From Promethearchaeota archaeon (GTDB lineage Archaea; Asgardarchaeota; Lokiarchaeia; Sigyniarchaeales; SOKP01), in the NCBI GenBank assembly GCA_048939995.1, contig JBHLOY010000023.1, positions 1-23,414 on the forward strand: 23,414 bases of DNA, given 5' to 3'. The notes beneath the pieces were generated by a model. That model was not told the DNA's origin. It was given only the letters and a program-made list of their open reading frames with translations, and did no database searches. Shown here piece after piece: positions 8,999 to 17,721 of this stretch. Within the stretch, counting starts at the first letter, position 1, and each line of letters opens with the position of its first letter. The position numbers and the translations under genes are program-made.

Positions 8999-10624
8999 AT
9001 GGCAGAAGAGTATGATTATCTTTTTAAATCGATTGTTGTAGGGGATGGTGGTGTAGGTAAGACAGCATTAACACTTAGATTTTCGAAAGGATTTTTTACT
9101 GAAGATTATAAAATGACAATTGGTGTAGATTTTCATGTTAAGACAATTTCAATAGAAACAGCCGAGGGTTCAATTAAATGCAAATTACAATTATGGGATA
9201 CCGGAGGACAAGAAAGATTTAGTTCAATCAGACCTATGTATTATCGAGGTTCTTTAGGAGCTGTTTTAGTTTTTGATCTTACAAATTCCTCAAGTTTTGA
9301 ACATCTTCCTCAATGGATAGAAGAAGTGCGGGCTAATATAAAAGCTGAAATACCTCTATTACTTGTAGGGAATAAAAGCGATTTAATAGATCAAAGATCA
9401 ATTTCTATTAAAGAAATCAATAATTTCACAAGGGATTTCAACCTTTATTATATGGAAACTTCAGCTAAGACTGGTGATGGAGTTGGAGATTGTTTTTATA
9501 TTTTGGCATGTCTTATGATTGGTTCTGGAGTACCTGAAAAACTAATAGCAAATGAAACTATTTTTAGTCCTGGAAGGATAACTTTAGAAGAAACTGGTGC
9601 AATAACCACTCCCCAACCTGAAATTGATTATACAGCGCCACCAGTACCAGAAACTCTCTCAATAAAGCCAAGTGATGCCCCAGATATGTTTGAAAGCCAA
9701 CCAGAAATGGATTATGCAGCACCTCCAGTTCCAGAACCTACCACAATCAAGTCACCAAAACCTCCCGAGATATTTGAAAACCAATCAGAAATGGATTATG
9801 CAGCACCTCCAGTTCCAGAACCTCCTACTAGTTTTTCTGAAATAAATTTACCTAAACAGAGTGAAATTGAATTCAAAACTCCTGAAGAAATTTTATCCAA
9901 ACAGTTAGTTGAACCACAACAAGAGTTACAGTTTAATAATTTTGAGACTATAGAGACTGAAACATATAAACCCAAAAATATCCCTTTTTCCCCTTTCACA
10001 GCTCAACTAACTAAAGCACCTGAAGGTTTCTCATCTACAGAAAGAACAGAGAAAGAACTCCCCTCTAAAGCACCTTTCCAAGTAGTTAAAAGAGAAGAGC
10101 CTACTAAACCCAAACCTGCTTCAATGACATTCGAATCTCCAGCAAATGAGCTTCAGGGGACACAAACTTTACCCTCAACACCACAAGAATCAAAGAGTCA
10201 ATCTCTCGTTGACTATATGCCTCAAACAATTTTATCAAAAAAAGAAAAAAAAAAGAAAGAAAAGAAAAAGAAAGAAAAAAAGAAAAAAGAAAAGAAAGAA
10301 TCATTTCTAGAAATAACGGGATCAACCTCATTATTTCAAACCTTAACTCAACGAACCGGAGAAATAACCGAAGAAAAAACAATCACCTCCCCTCCTTTTG
10401 TTGCAACTAAGAAACTTGAATCAGAAGAAACATCAAAATTAAGGATTATACCAAATATTGCCGAAACCGAAACTCAACCAATTGGATTTATGCCAATAAC
10501 ACCTTCCTTTAGTGAAAAACAAAATGAGCCTTCAAAATCACAAGAATTATTAGTATGTAAACAATGCGGAGCTGTATTATCATCTGATTATGCATTTTGT
10601 AATAAGTGCGGAAGTAAGCTTTAA
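8999..10624 (+). CDS. Rab-like small GTPase with a long low-complexity C-terminal extension and terminal zinc ribbon
   Basis: YDYLFK, GDGGVGKT, TIGVDF, KLQLWDTGGQERF, YYRG, LVFDLT, GNKSD, ETSAK; then Pro-rich repeats, poly-Lys, and CKQC-x10-CNKC. Confidence 0.92.
   Translation: MAEEYDYLFKSIVVGDGGVGKTALTLRFSKGFFTEDYKMTIGVDFHVKTISIETAEGSIKCKLQLWDTGGQERFSSIRPMYYRGSLGAVLVFDLTNSSSFEHLPQWIEEVRANIKAEIPLLLVGNKSDLIDQRSISIKEINNFTRDFNLYYMETSAKTGDGVGDCFYILACLMIGSGVPEKLIANETIFSPGRITLEETGAITTPQPEIDYTAPPVPETLSIKPSDAPDMFESQPEMDYAAPPVPEPTTIKSPKPPEIFENQSEMDYAAPPVPEPPTSFSEINLPKQSEIEFKTPEEILSKQLVEPQQELQFNNFETIETETYKPKNIPFSPFTAQLTKAPEGFSSTERTEKELPSKAPFQVVKREEPTKPKPASMTFESPANELQGTQTLPSTPQESKSQSLVDYMPQTILSKKEKKKKEKKKKEKKKKEKKESFLEITGSTSLFQTLTQRTGEITEEKTITSPPFVATKKLESEETSKLRIIPNIAETETQPIGFMPITPSFSEKQNEPSKSQELLVCKQCGAVLSSDYAFCNKCGSKL
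9611..9823 (+). repeat. Intragenic tandem repeat, 84-nt (28-aa) unit, about 2.5 copies (three copies of the core motif)
   Basis: CAGAAATGGATTATGCAGCACCTCCAGTTCCAGAACCT identical at 9702-9739 and 9786-9823; diverged copy from 9618; core E[IM]DY[TA]APPVPE. Confidence 0.92.
10238..10300 (+). repeat. Pure-purine tract encoding KKE(KKKKE)3KKE
   Basis: 63 nt of only A/G; 16 Lys and 5 Glu with a 5-residue period. Confidence 0.9.
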
Positions 10625-10659
10625 CTTTACTTTTTAATTTTTTGGTTATATCAAAAAAT

Positions 10660-11493
10660 TCAAATAGATTTTCCACAAATTGGACAAGTACTCCACATCT
10701 TTTTTATTTTCGAATTACAATGAGGGCATATTCTTAAATCGGGATCGATTTGAGTCTGTGGTGTTCCGAAGATAGTCAAATTTTTTTCAACTTTATAATC
10801 TATAGGCTTTATAGGTGGTCGAATAAATGAATCCCTTGAAATCTTTTTCTCCTTATCTAAATTCGCAATAGGGCTAATAACTTTCAAATTATCGGCTTTA
10901 TGAGGAGTTATAGAATCGTTTAAACCAATTGATTCTTTTATTAAGGGTGGATGGGCTTCAACTCTCATCTCGTCAGAGGAGTCATATTCTTTAGCTTCCT
11001 TCCCAGACTCAAGTCTTTCCTCTTTAAATGTGCTTGTTCTTTGTAGCATTTTTTCAGTCATTCCGACATTATAAAGATAATAGTTGCCATCATTATTCTC
11101 AATTACTTTCTCTCCATTAATTAAACTTACTTCAATATAATAAATTACTAAAGAACCAATTGGTACTTCTGCTATTTCAGCAATAAAGTAATCTAATTGG
11201 TTCTCCATTTTCATTTGGTACCATGACTTACCATGATCTGCACTAAAAACTAACTTTACTTGTTCTAGTTTATTATCAAAATCTTCTTCTGTAATTTTTA
11301 CAACTATCTTTATTGTTTTCTTTTTTAGTTCCCCGGATTCCTCTATTTCTTCTGCTTCTGACTCATCCCATGCAGCTCCACATTTTGGACAATTTGTAAA
11401 CCAATTAGGATATTCAAGTTTACAATTAGAACATGTTTTCGTGAAGTATCGTGTTGTTTTTATTCCCAGTGTTTTTTTTTTATTCTTAGCCAT
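10660..11493 (-). CDS. Protein with N- and C-terminal zinc ribbons flanking an Ig-like/beta-sandwich domain and a low-complexity linker
   Basis: CSNC-x10-CPKCG and CPHC-x10-CPICG; central VKLVFSADHGKSW..M...FIAEI..P.G..VIYYIEV...ENNDGNYY beta-rich pattern. Confidence 0.7.
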   Translation of the reverse strand: MAKNKKKTLGIKTTRYFTKTCSNCKLEYPNWFTNCPKCGAAWDESEAEEIEESGELKKKTIKIVVKITEEDFDNKLEQVKLVFSADHGKSWYQMKMENQLDYFIAEIAEVPIGSLVIYYIEVSLINGEKVIENNDGNYYLYNVGMTEKMLQRTSTFKEERLESGKEAKEYDSSDEMRVEAHPPLIKESIGLNDSITPHKADNLKVISPIANLDKEKKISRDSFIRPPIKPIDYKVEKNLTIFGTPQTQIDPDLRICPHCNSKIKKMWSTCPICGKSI

Positions 11494-11662
11494 TCTCTAT
11501 TTCAATTTTAATGAGATTTTAACCCTAATAATTAAAGTAATTACTTATTAGTTTATAAATATATTTCAGTGCAATAGTATTAAAATTCTTATTTTATAAT
11601 AATTATTATAATAATAATTAAAATACAAAGAGAATGTGAGATAAGAAATAAATTCTGAAGAA

Positions 11663-12217
11663 GTGAAAGCTCTAATAACTGCCATTGATAATTTAATTGA
11701 AATTAAAGTTTTAATTAGAGAAATTACGCCAAACTACGACTTAGATAACAAACTTAATAAGAAATATTTATTTTTATTAAAAAGACTTAATTCAACCCTT
11801 CAACCAATTTTTGATAAATATTTACAAGAATCTTCTGAAATTAAAAACAGTTTAAATGATATTCTTGATTTAATTAAAAGAGACTACCTTTTAATAGTTT
11901 CTGCAAATTATATTAAAAGAAAACTAAAGAATCTTGGAGTAGATCCCCGGAACTTAATTGTAACTGGTGGACCTTTATTTATTGAAAATTATAAAAAGGT
12001 AAATCCCACTATATCTAATAAAACATTGTTTCATATTAAAGAAAAATGTGAACTTTTAGTTGAAAAATTGTCAAAGTCTGGAAAAGAATTAGCTTTTCTT
12101 TATAATAAAGATAATTTAACTGACCAAATTATCTTAAAAGAATTGGAAGTATTAGAAAATATAATAAATAAAAAAATTATAACTAAACAGATCATAGATG
12201 ATCAGATAGAAAGCTAA
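11663..12217 (+). CDS. DUF2100-like conserved archaeal protein (GTG start)
   Basis: KRKLKNLGVDPRNLIVTGGPLFIENYKKVNPTI resembles the DUF2100 core as recalled; not searched. Confidence 0.6.
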   Translation: MKALITAIDNLIEIKVLIREITPNYDLDNKLNKKYLFLLKRLNSTLQPIFDKYLQESSEIKNSLNDILDLIKRDYLLIVSANYIKRKLKNLGVDPRNLIVTGGPLFIENYKKVNPTISNKTLFHIKEKCELLVEKLSKSGKELAFLYNKDNLTDQIILKELEVLENIINKKIITKQIIDDQIES

Positions 12218-13386
12218 ATTAATTTTTTTACAATTACCTCCAAATCTTCTAAAAAATTTATTAAATGTTCTTTTTCCACGTGGGGCATTACGACAATTCT
12301 GATAAGATTAAAATCTTCAAACTTACCCAACATCCAATTTTTCTTACGTAATTCAGTGTCTATTTCACAAATACTTTTGTCATTTTCAGTTGTGATTCCT
12401 ACTACATTCATAACGGTTTCTGCTGCCAACTTTAAACCTTTAATCTCAGTAATTCTTTTAGATAAAAATTCAGTATTTTCCATGCATTTTTTGATGATTT
12501 TTGTAAAACCTTTTAAACCTAGAAGTCTCATAATTCCCCAAAATGCTATAATTGGACCTCCTGCTCTAGTACCTACAATATGAAAATGTTTAAAGTTACC
12601 CCCAGCTAAATATGGAATTTGAAATCCGGTTTCTTCTAATATTGAACGATCTCTTATAAAGAAACCTCCTGAAGGAATTACACCTAATCCCATTTTGTGA
12701 GGATCAGCTGTAATAGAATCAACAGATTCAACTGAAAAATCCCATAGAGGGATTTGATAACCTAATCTTTTAAGGAAAGGTAGCACAAATCCTCCAAAAG
12801 CAGCATCAACATGAAAAAAAATACCCCTATTTTTAATATATTCACCTATCTCTTTAATAGGATCAATCAAGCCTAGGGAAGTTGTGCCAGCAACCCCAAC
12901 AACCCCACACGTTTTTTTATTAATTAAAGATTTATAATGATCTAAGTCAAGACTATAATTCTTGCAGAGTCTAGCTTTTCTAAGTTTGATACCCAATAAA
13001 TCTGCTGCTTTGTCAAATGAAATATGAGCCGAAAAGGGAACTACTACTTCTGGATGTTTAATATCAGGTCTTAATTTTTTAGCAATTCTCATCGCAATTA
13101 AATTAGCTTCGGATCCTCCAGTTGTAAAAGTACCAATGATATTTTCTCCCCCATATAGTTCTCCAATTTCTTCCACTATTTCTTCTTCTAACTTAGCTGT
13201 TCCTAAAAATAATCCAGGGTCTCCTAAATTTTTTGAAACAAACGTATTATAAAGTTCCTTGCCAAAGTCTAAAGGTTCTGTATTCATTGATCCTAAAATC
13301 GATCCTGATTGATATGTATAATCTTTTTCTAATTTTTTGTCAAGCAATTTCATAATTTCTTGTTTCTCAAGTCCATCTTCATGCAT
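12214..13386 (-). CDS. mfnA: Archaeal L-tyrosine/L-aspartate decarboxylase (group II PLP decarboxylase)
   Basis: ILGSMNTEP, NLGDPGLF.GT, TTGGSEAN, AHISFDKAA, HVDAAFGGF, SITADPHKMG. Confidence 0.88.
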   Translation of the reverse strand: MHEDGLEKQEIMKLLDKKLEKDYTYQSGSILGSMNTEPLDFGKELYNTFVSKNLGDPGLFLGTAKLEEEIVEEIGELYGGENIIGTFTTGGSEANLIAMRIAKKLRPDIKHPEVVVPFSAHISFDKAADLLGIKLRKARLCKNYSLDLDHYKSLINKKTCGVVGVAGTTSLGLIDPIKEIGEYIKNRGIFFHVDAAFGGFVLPFLKRLGYQIPLWDFSVESVDSITADPHKMGLGVIPSGGFFIRDRSILEETGFQIPYLAGGNFKHFHIVGTRAGGPIIAFWGIMRLLGLKGFTKIIKKCMENTEFLSKRITEIKGLKLAAETVMNVVGITTENDKSICEIDTELRKKNWMLGKFEDFNLIRIVVMPHVEKEHLINFLEDLEVIVKKLI

Positions 13387-13477
13387 TTTCTTTTACATAA
13401 TAAAAAAAGTTTTGAATACTTATCAAAAGAAAATACTTAATCAATTATAAACTTACAAAAAATGCCCATATAAACTA

Positions 13478-13792
13478 CTAAAACCGAGTTGAATTTCTCT
13501 CAATATATTTTTTTATGACTTTATTACACTCGATATTGAGATCAATTTTATAATAATTGGCGATGCAAATTAAAGAAAAAAGAAGGTCACCAAGCTCCTC
13601 ACCGAGGTTCGAATCTTTTTCTTTCATTTTTTTTGGTTTAAAGCCTTCACAGGAATTAATCTCTCTGGCTAACTCACCTAACTCTTCTATAATTGCAGTC
13701 AACATTGCTAATGGTGGCCAATACCCACCATGATTAATAATCCAATCATTCACTTTATGTTGAATCTCCTTCAGAGAATTATTTGATTGCAT
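13478..13792 (-). CDS. MazG-like (YpjD-type) nucleotide pyrophosphohydrolase
   Basis: GYWPPLAML..IIEELGELAREIN and EELGDLLFSLICIAN metal-binding motifs. Confidence 0.9.
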   Translation of the reverse strand: MQSNNSLKEIQHKVNDWIINHGGYWPPLAMLTAIIEELGELAREINSCEGFKPKKMKEKDSNLGEELGDLLFSLICIANYYKIDLNIECNKVIKKYIERNSTRF

Positions 13793-13883
13793 AAATAGAA
13801 TAATATTCTAATCACATATAAAAGTAGGAGAAAATCATGATATAGACATCTATTTCAGACAAAACACCTTCAAATTAAAAAGT

Positions 13884-16019
13884 TCAATTAAAAGAATTAT
13901 ATCTTTTTCTTGTTTCCCATTCAGCTCTTTTTCCTGGATTATACCTATTAACATCACTATAATACCCAGTAATTCTTGAATAAACTTTCACATCTGGAGA
14001 ATTACATCTCGGGCACACAAATTTTCCCCCTCGATGCATCTTTTTGCAATGGGGGCAAAATGTAAAATCAATCGTATAAGCAAAATATGCTGTATTAGTG
14101 TTTAAACAAATATTTTTTGTCAATTCCCATAATCCTTGAGCATTTGGCTTTTGTTCTCCGAGCCAAATATGTGTAATTACACCCCCATTCACAATAGGGT
14201 GATAATCTCCTTGTAATTTAATCCGCTTGGACAATGGAATATCAGCATCATACCGGATATGGCTTGAATTAGTATAATAAGCAGAATTACCTGAAGATTG
14301 GACTATAGCCTTTTTGGGAAAATGTTTTAGATCTAGTATAGCTAATCGTCTAGCAGTATGCTCACTAGGTTGTTCCCATAATGAATATGAATATCCATCT
14401 CGTTCTGTCATTGTATTAGATTTTGCTACCATATAATTCAGGATCTTTTTTCCTAAATTATAAGCGTTCTCACTTTCATGTAATTCCTCATTAGTTAAAC
14501 TCTTAATTGCCTCGTTTAAACCAGTAAATCCTATAGATAGATTTTGATCCTGTAAATTAAAAATCGCACTTCCTTTTATTTTCCCACTACACAGAGGTAA
14601 ATGCCCTGATCTCAATCTTCTCTCCATTAAATGCCACTTCTTGATTAGAATTCTAGCACTCAATTCCAGTTTATCATCTAATATCCTAAAATATTCATCT
14701 TCATCATTGGACATATAAGCATATCGAGGTAAATTAAGACTCACACTCTGTAATGAACCAATGGTAACATAATTTTCCCATACATTAAAATTATCTCTTT
14801 CATCGGGATTTAGTATACATTTACTCATTATTTCATTGCCGCTTAAAAACTTTCTACAACATTGACTATGAATTTCATCAGGCATCCAATTCGGACACAT
14901 ATTTAAGAAATAAGGGGTTCCCATTTTAGCTGCTTCTTCTATCACCTTTAGATAAGAAGGTTCAAATTCTTCAATCCACTCTTTTTTTATTTTTACTTCA
15001 TGTTTTGGAAATGCAAAAAGTTTTCCATTATAATCTCCTTGAGTATATACATCTGTTAGGGTATCAAATAGTTTTAAGCACTCTTCCTTGAAATCTCCAT
15101 ACTTACCTGTAATTTTACCATGTGGACCTATTGCAGGAATATTCAGTAATCCTTTAGGGATGGTTGGCGTACACGATATTGAAGTAAATGGAACTTGGCC
15201 ACCTCTAGCAGCAAATATCTGATTTGTTTCAAAAATTAAACATTGCATTGATTGTTTAATTTCTCTATCAGAAAGACCTCGTGTAAAAGGTGCTAAGAAG
15301 GTAGTTATATAATCGTAACCTTGACCTCCACTAAATTCACCTTGTATAATACCTAACCATTTTGCTAAATGAGTAACCGCTACTCTTAAAGTTCCAGCAG
15401 GTCCCGATCTGCTACAATGTGACCAACTTTCTACAGGGGGTAACCCATGTTCGAGAATCATCCGAGGGTCCCATTCTTGACAAAACGGTCTTAAATCGAA
15501 ATATCTCAGCATATGAACATGAATATCACCATATAAATGGGCATGAGCTTCTTCAGAATCTAAAATCCTTAATAAAGCATACTCATCAGAAATTTTATTT
15601 GCTGCCCAATGATGAATACTTTCTGGATTCATGTCCTGATTAGCATTTTCATTAATCCCGTTTTCCAAAATACCCTCATAATCCATTAAAGGCATACCAA
15701 TTCTGGTATACAATTTGCGTTCTTCTTCATAATGTTGTTCTGATAAGATTGAACACACAATCTCACGAATATGTGGTCCAGAAAGAAATTTAATTCCTGA
15801 AGAGATAATTCTTCTCACAGCTAATTCAGTTATCTTATCAGCGAAATTCTTATTCAAGCCAGTTTCTTTTATCAAACTTTGCTCAATTTTGACTGGATCA
15901 AAAGGAACTACATCTCCTTCTGTTCTGAACACTCTCGGTAATAAATTTTTTAATATTCCACTATACAATTTCCGATTATTTTTATTTTCAATAGTTTGAG
16001 AATTTGGTACTAGAGCCAT
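13884..16019 (-). CDS. nrdD: Anaerobic (class III) ribonucleoside-triphosphate reductase with N-terminal ATP cone
   Basis: ATP cone (VFRTEGDVVPFDPVKI), ENAN, H..GDIHVH, SGGQG, RGGQVPFTS, QCCR finger loop, CPHC/CPRC zinc site, glycyl-radical motif SRITGYY. Confidence 0.96.
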   Translation of the reverse strand: MALVPNSQTIENKNNRKLYSGILKNLLPRVFRTEGDVVPFDPVKIEQSLIKETGLNKNFADKITELAVRRIISSGIKFLSGPHIREIVCSILSEQHYEEERKLYTRIGMPLMDYEGILENGINENANQDMNPESIHHWAANKISDEYALLRILDSEEAHAHLYGDIHVHMLRYFDLRPFCQEWDPRMILEHGLPPVESWSHCSRSGPAGTLRVAVTHLAKWLGIIQGEFSGGQGYDYITTFLAPFTRGLSDREIKQSMQCLIFETNQIFAARGGQVPFTSISCTPTIPKGLLNIPAIGPHGKITGKYGDFKEECLKLFDTLTDVYTQGDYNGKLFAFPKHEVKIKKEWIEEFEPSYLKVIEEAAKMGTPYFLNMCPNWMPDEIHSQCCRKFLSGNEIMSKCILNPDERDNFNVWENYVTIGSLQSVSLNLPRYAYMSNDEDEYFRILDDKLELSARILIKKWHLMERRLRSGHLPLCSGKIKGSAIFNLQDQNLSIGFTGLNEAIKSLTNEELHESENAYNLGKKILNYMVAKSNTMTERDGYSYSLWEQPSEHTARRLAILDLKHFPKKAIVQSSGNSAYYTNSSHIRYDADIPLSKRIKLQGDYHPIVNGGVITHIWLGEQKPNAQGLWELTKNICLNTNTAYFAYTIDFTFCPHCKKMHRGGKFVCPRCNSPDVKVYSRITGYYSDVNRYNPGKRAEWETRKRYNSFN

Positions 16020-16087
16020 AGCATTCTAACTCATTTTTTAATATTCTTATATCTTAGGCAAGGAAATTAAGCTAATAATAATCAACC

Positions 16088-16120
16088 TTTTTTGTCGGTA
16101 AACAGACCTGAGACAAAAAA
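16088..16120. promoter_or_regulatory. Inverted repeat / hairpin upstream of nrdD
   Basis: TTTTTTGTC-GGT-AAACAG-ACC-TGA-GACAAAAAA: 9-bp outer arms plus a 3-bp inner stem with a 3-nt bulge. Confidence 0.5.
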
Positions 16121-16419
16121 TCTATTAAAAAATTATTAACGTTAATATTTTACCTCTTCTGATATAAAAATTTATTTATCTTTTAAATTTAAACTTAATT
16201 TATTAATCAGATGTTTCAAATTTAATGTTCAATGCATCTTAATTATACGATATTATTTTCCCTTTCTATCTAAACCATTCAAAACATCTTCGTTTTCACT
16301 AATTACAAAAACCTTAAAAAAATGTCGTCTTCATTGATTTTTTAATTTTTAATAGAATTTAAAAAGTAAATAATTATGATAATATTTAAAAGAATAATTA
16401 AATCAAATGGTCAAATAAC

Positions 16420-16740
16420 ATGAAAATAAGCGGCGAAAGTGTTGAATTTATAAAAGCTTTAGATGGAATCTTTAGAAAAACCCTTGCATACAATGATCAC
16501 TTAATGTTGTGCTATTTTACACTTCATAAAGGCTCAGAGGTCCCTATCCACTCCCATAAAGAACATCAAGTAGGATATGTTTTAAGAGGAAAATTGAAGT
16601 TCATGACTGAAAATGGAAACTTCATCGCAAAAGAGGGTGATAGTTATATATTCAACTCTTATGAGAAGCATGGAGCCATTATTTTAGAAGACTCAAATGT
16701 CATTGATGTTTTTAATCCACCAAGAGAAGATTATAAATAA
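16420..16740 (+). CDS. Cupin domain protein
   Basis: PIHSH.EHQVGYVLRG and GDSYIFNSYEKHG metal-binding cupin motifs; DVFNPPREDY. Confidence 0.92.
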   Translation: MKISGESVEFIKALDGIFRKTLAYNDHLMLCYFTLHKGSEVPIHSHKEHQVGYVLRGKLKFMTENGNFIAKEGDSYIFNSYEKHGAIILEDSNVIDVFNPPREDYK

Positions 16741-16778
16741 GTTTACCTAACTGAAAATTTAATGAGAAATTACTTAAT

Positions 16779-17132
16779 CTACCATTGATATACTGAAACC
16801 GCAAAGATTGCAATCATGCTAAATAAAAATTCAGCTATCAACCAATCAAGATATATTTTTTTTTTTTGATCTCTATTATCTCTAAGTTTTGAAGCAAGGC
16901 CAAAACTAAAAGCTGAATTAATTCCCAAGAAAATAGTAAGGGCAATTGTTGGAGCTCCTAATGATAATACATCCAGATTTAATATAGAATCCAAGAAAAA
17001 CCATCCTCCTAAAAAGATTATCAAAGCAAATAAAAAAATCCATCCAGATATTTGAATGATTTTTTCAAATATAATATCTTGTTTAAGTGAACTATCAATA
17101 GGTTCTTTTGCTTTCTTCTTAATTTTTGACAT
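16779..17132 (-). CDS. Small membrane protein, about 3 TM helices, unknown function
   Basis: Three hydrophobic stretches (ISGWIFLFALIIFLGGWFFL; TIALTIFLGINSAFSFGLA; WLIAEFLFSMIAIFAVSVY). Confidence 0.7.
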   Translation of the reverse strand: MSKIKKKAKEPIDSSLKQDIIFEKIIQISGWIFLFALIIFLGGWFFLDSILNLDVLSLGAPTIALTIFLGINSAFSFGLASKLRDNRDQKKKIYLDWLIAEFLFSMIAIFAVSVYQW

Positions 17133-17193
17133 GATTTTATACCATTTTCAGTATATATAACTTAAATTATGGATAATTCTTAATTTTTTTTTT

Positions 17194-17670
17194 TTAAGAA
17201 AGTTGTCTATTTTTAAGTTGTAAGATCGCTTTAGCAATATCTCCTTCACATTCAACTAAAACGGCTTTAGCTTCTTCTTTATCTACATTTCCTTGGGCAG
17301 CAACCAGCATAATATCATTTTCAGTTATTGTTGGCTTAACTTCAATTTCCTCTGAAGTTTCAACAATCTCTTCTTCTTTAACCGATAATTCTTCAGGGAA
17401 ATATTCTCTAGCTTCACCAATTACTTGATATATTTGCTGACCCATCTGTTTCATAAGAATTACCTCAGGTTGTTCTATTACAAGGGTTTTTTCTGGACCT
17501 TCGATTATCACTTTTGTAGCTTCAATCTGATCCATATCAATACCTTGTTGTTGCATTCTTCGACGCATTTGTCTTGAACCCAATTGAGCTCCATCTCTTT
17601 TTTTAACTGGTTGTGGTCTCTTTGGTTTACCTTTTTCTTTTTTTTGCATTTCTTTTGGTAATTTAACCAT
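17194..17670 (-). CDS. nac: Nascent polypeptide-associated complex protein (NAC + UBA), with basic N-terminal extension
   Basis: RQMRRRMQQQGIDM..I.ATKVII...LVIEQPEV..M..MGQ.IYQVIG; UBA-like ITENDIMLVA.Q.NV.KEEAKA.L...GDIAKAIL.L. Confidence 0.92.
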   Translation of the reverse strand: MVKLPKEMQKKEKGKPKRPQPVKKRDGAQLGSRQMRRRMQQQGIDMDQIEATKVIIEGPEKTLVIEQPEVILMKQMGQQIYQVIGEAREYFPEELSVKEEEIVETSEEIEVKPTITENDIMLVAAQGNVDKEEAKAVLVECEGDIAKAILQLKNRQLS

Positions 17671-17721
17671 TTATAACACTGTTAGTACCTTGTATTTATT
17701 TTATATGTAATATATGACTTT

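Noticed and set aside
9611-9823. CRISPR-like repeat-spacer array (38-nt repeats with 46-nt spacers)
   Set aside because: In-frame inside a CDS, spacers are similar to each other at the protein level, only three copies, and no cas genes
10607-10624. C-terminal SKL (peroxisomal PTS1) or CaaX prenylation signal on the Rab-like protein
   Set aside because: CGSKL is the ordinary ending of a zinc ribbon (CxxCG-x-x-L); the Cys is at -5 and is probably a Zn ligand
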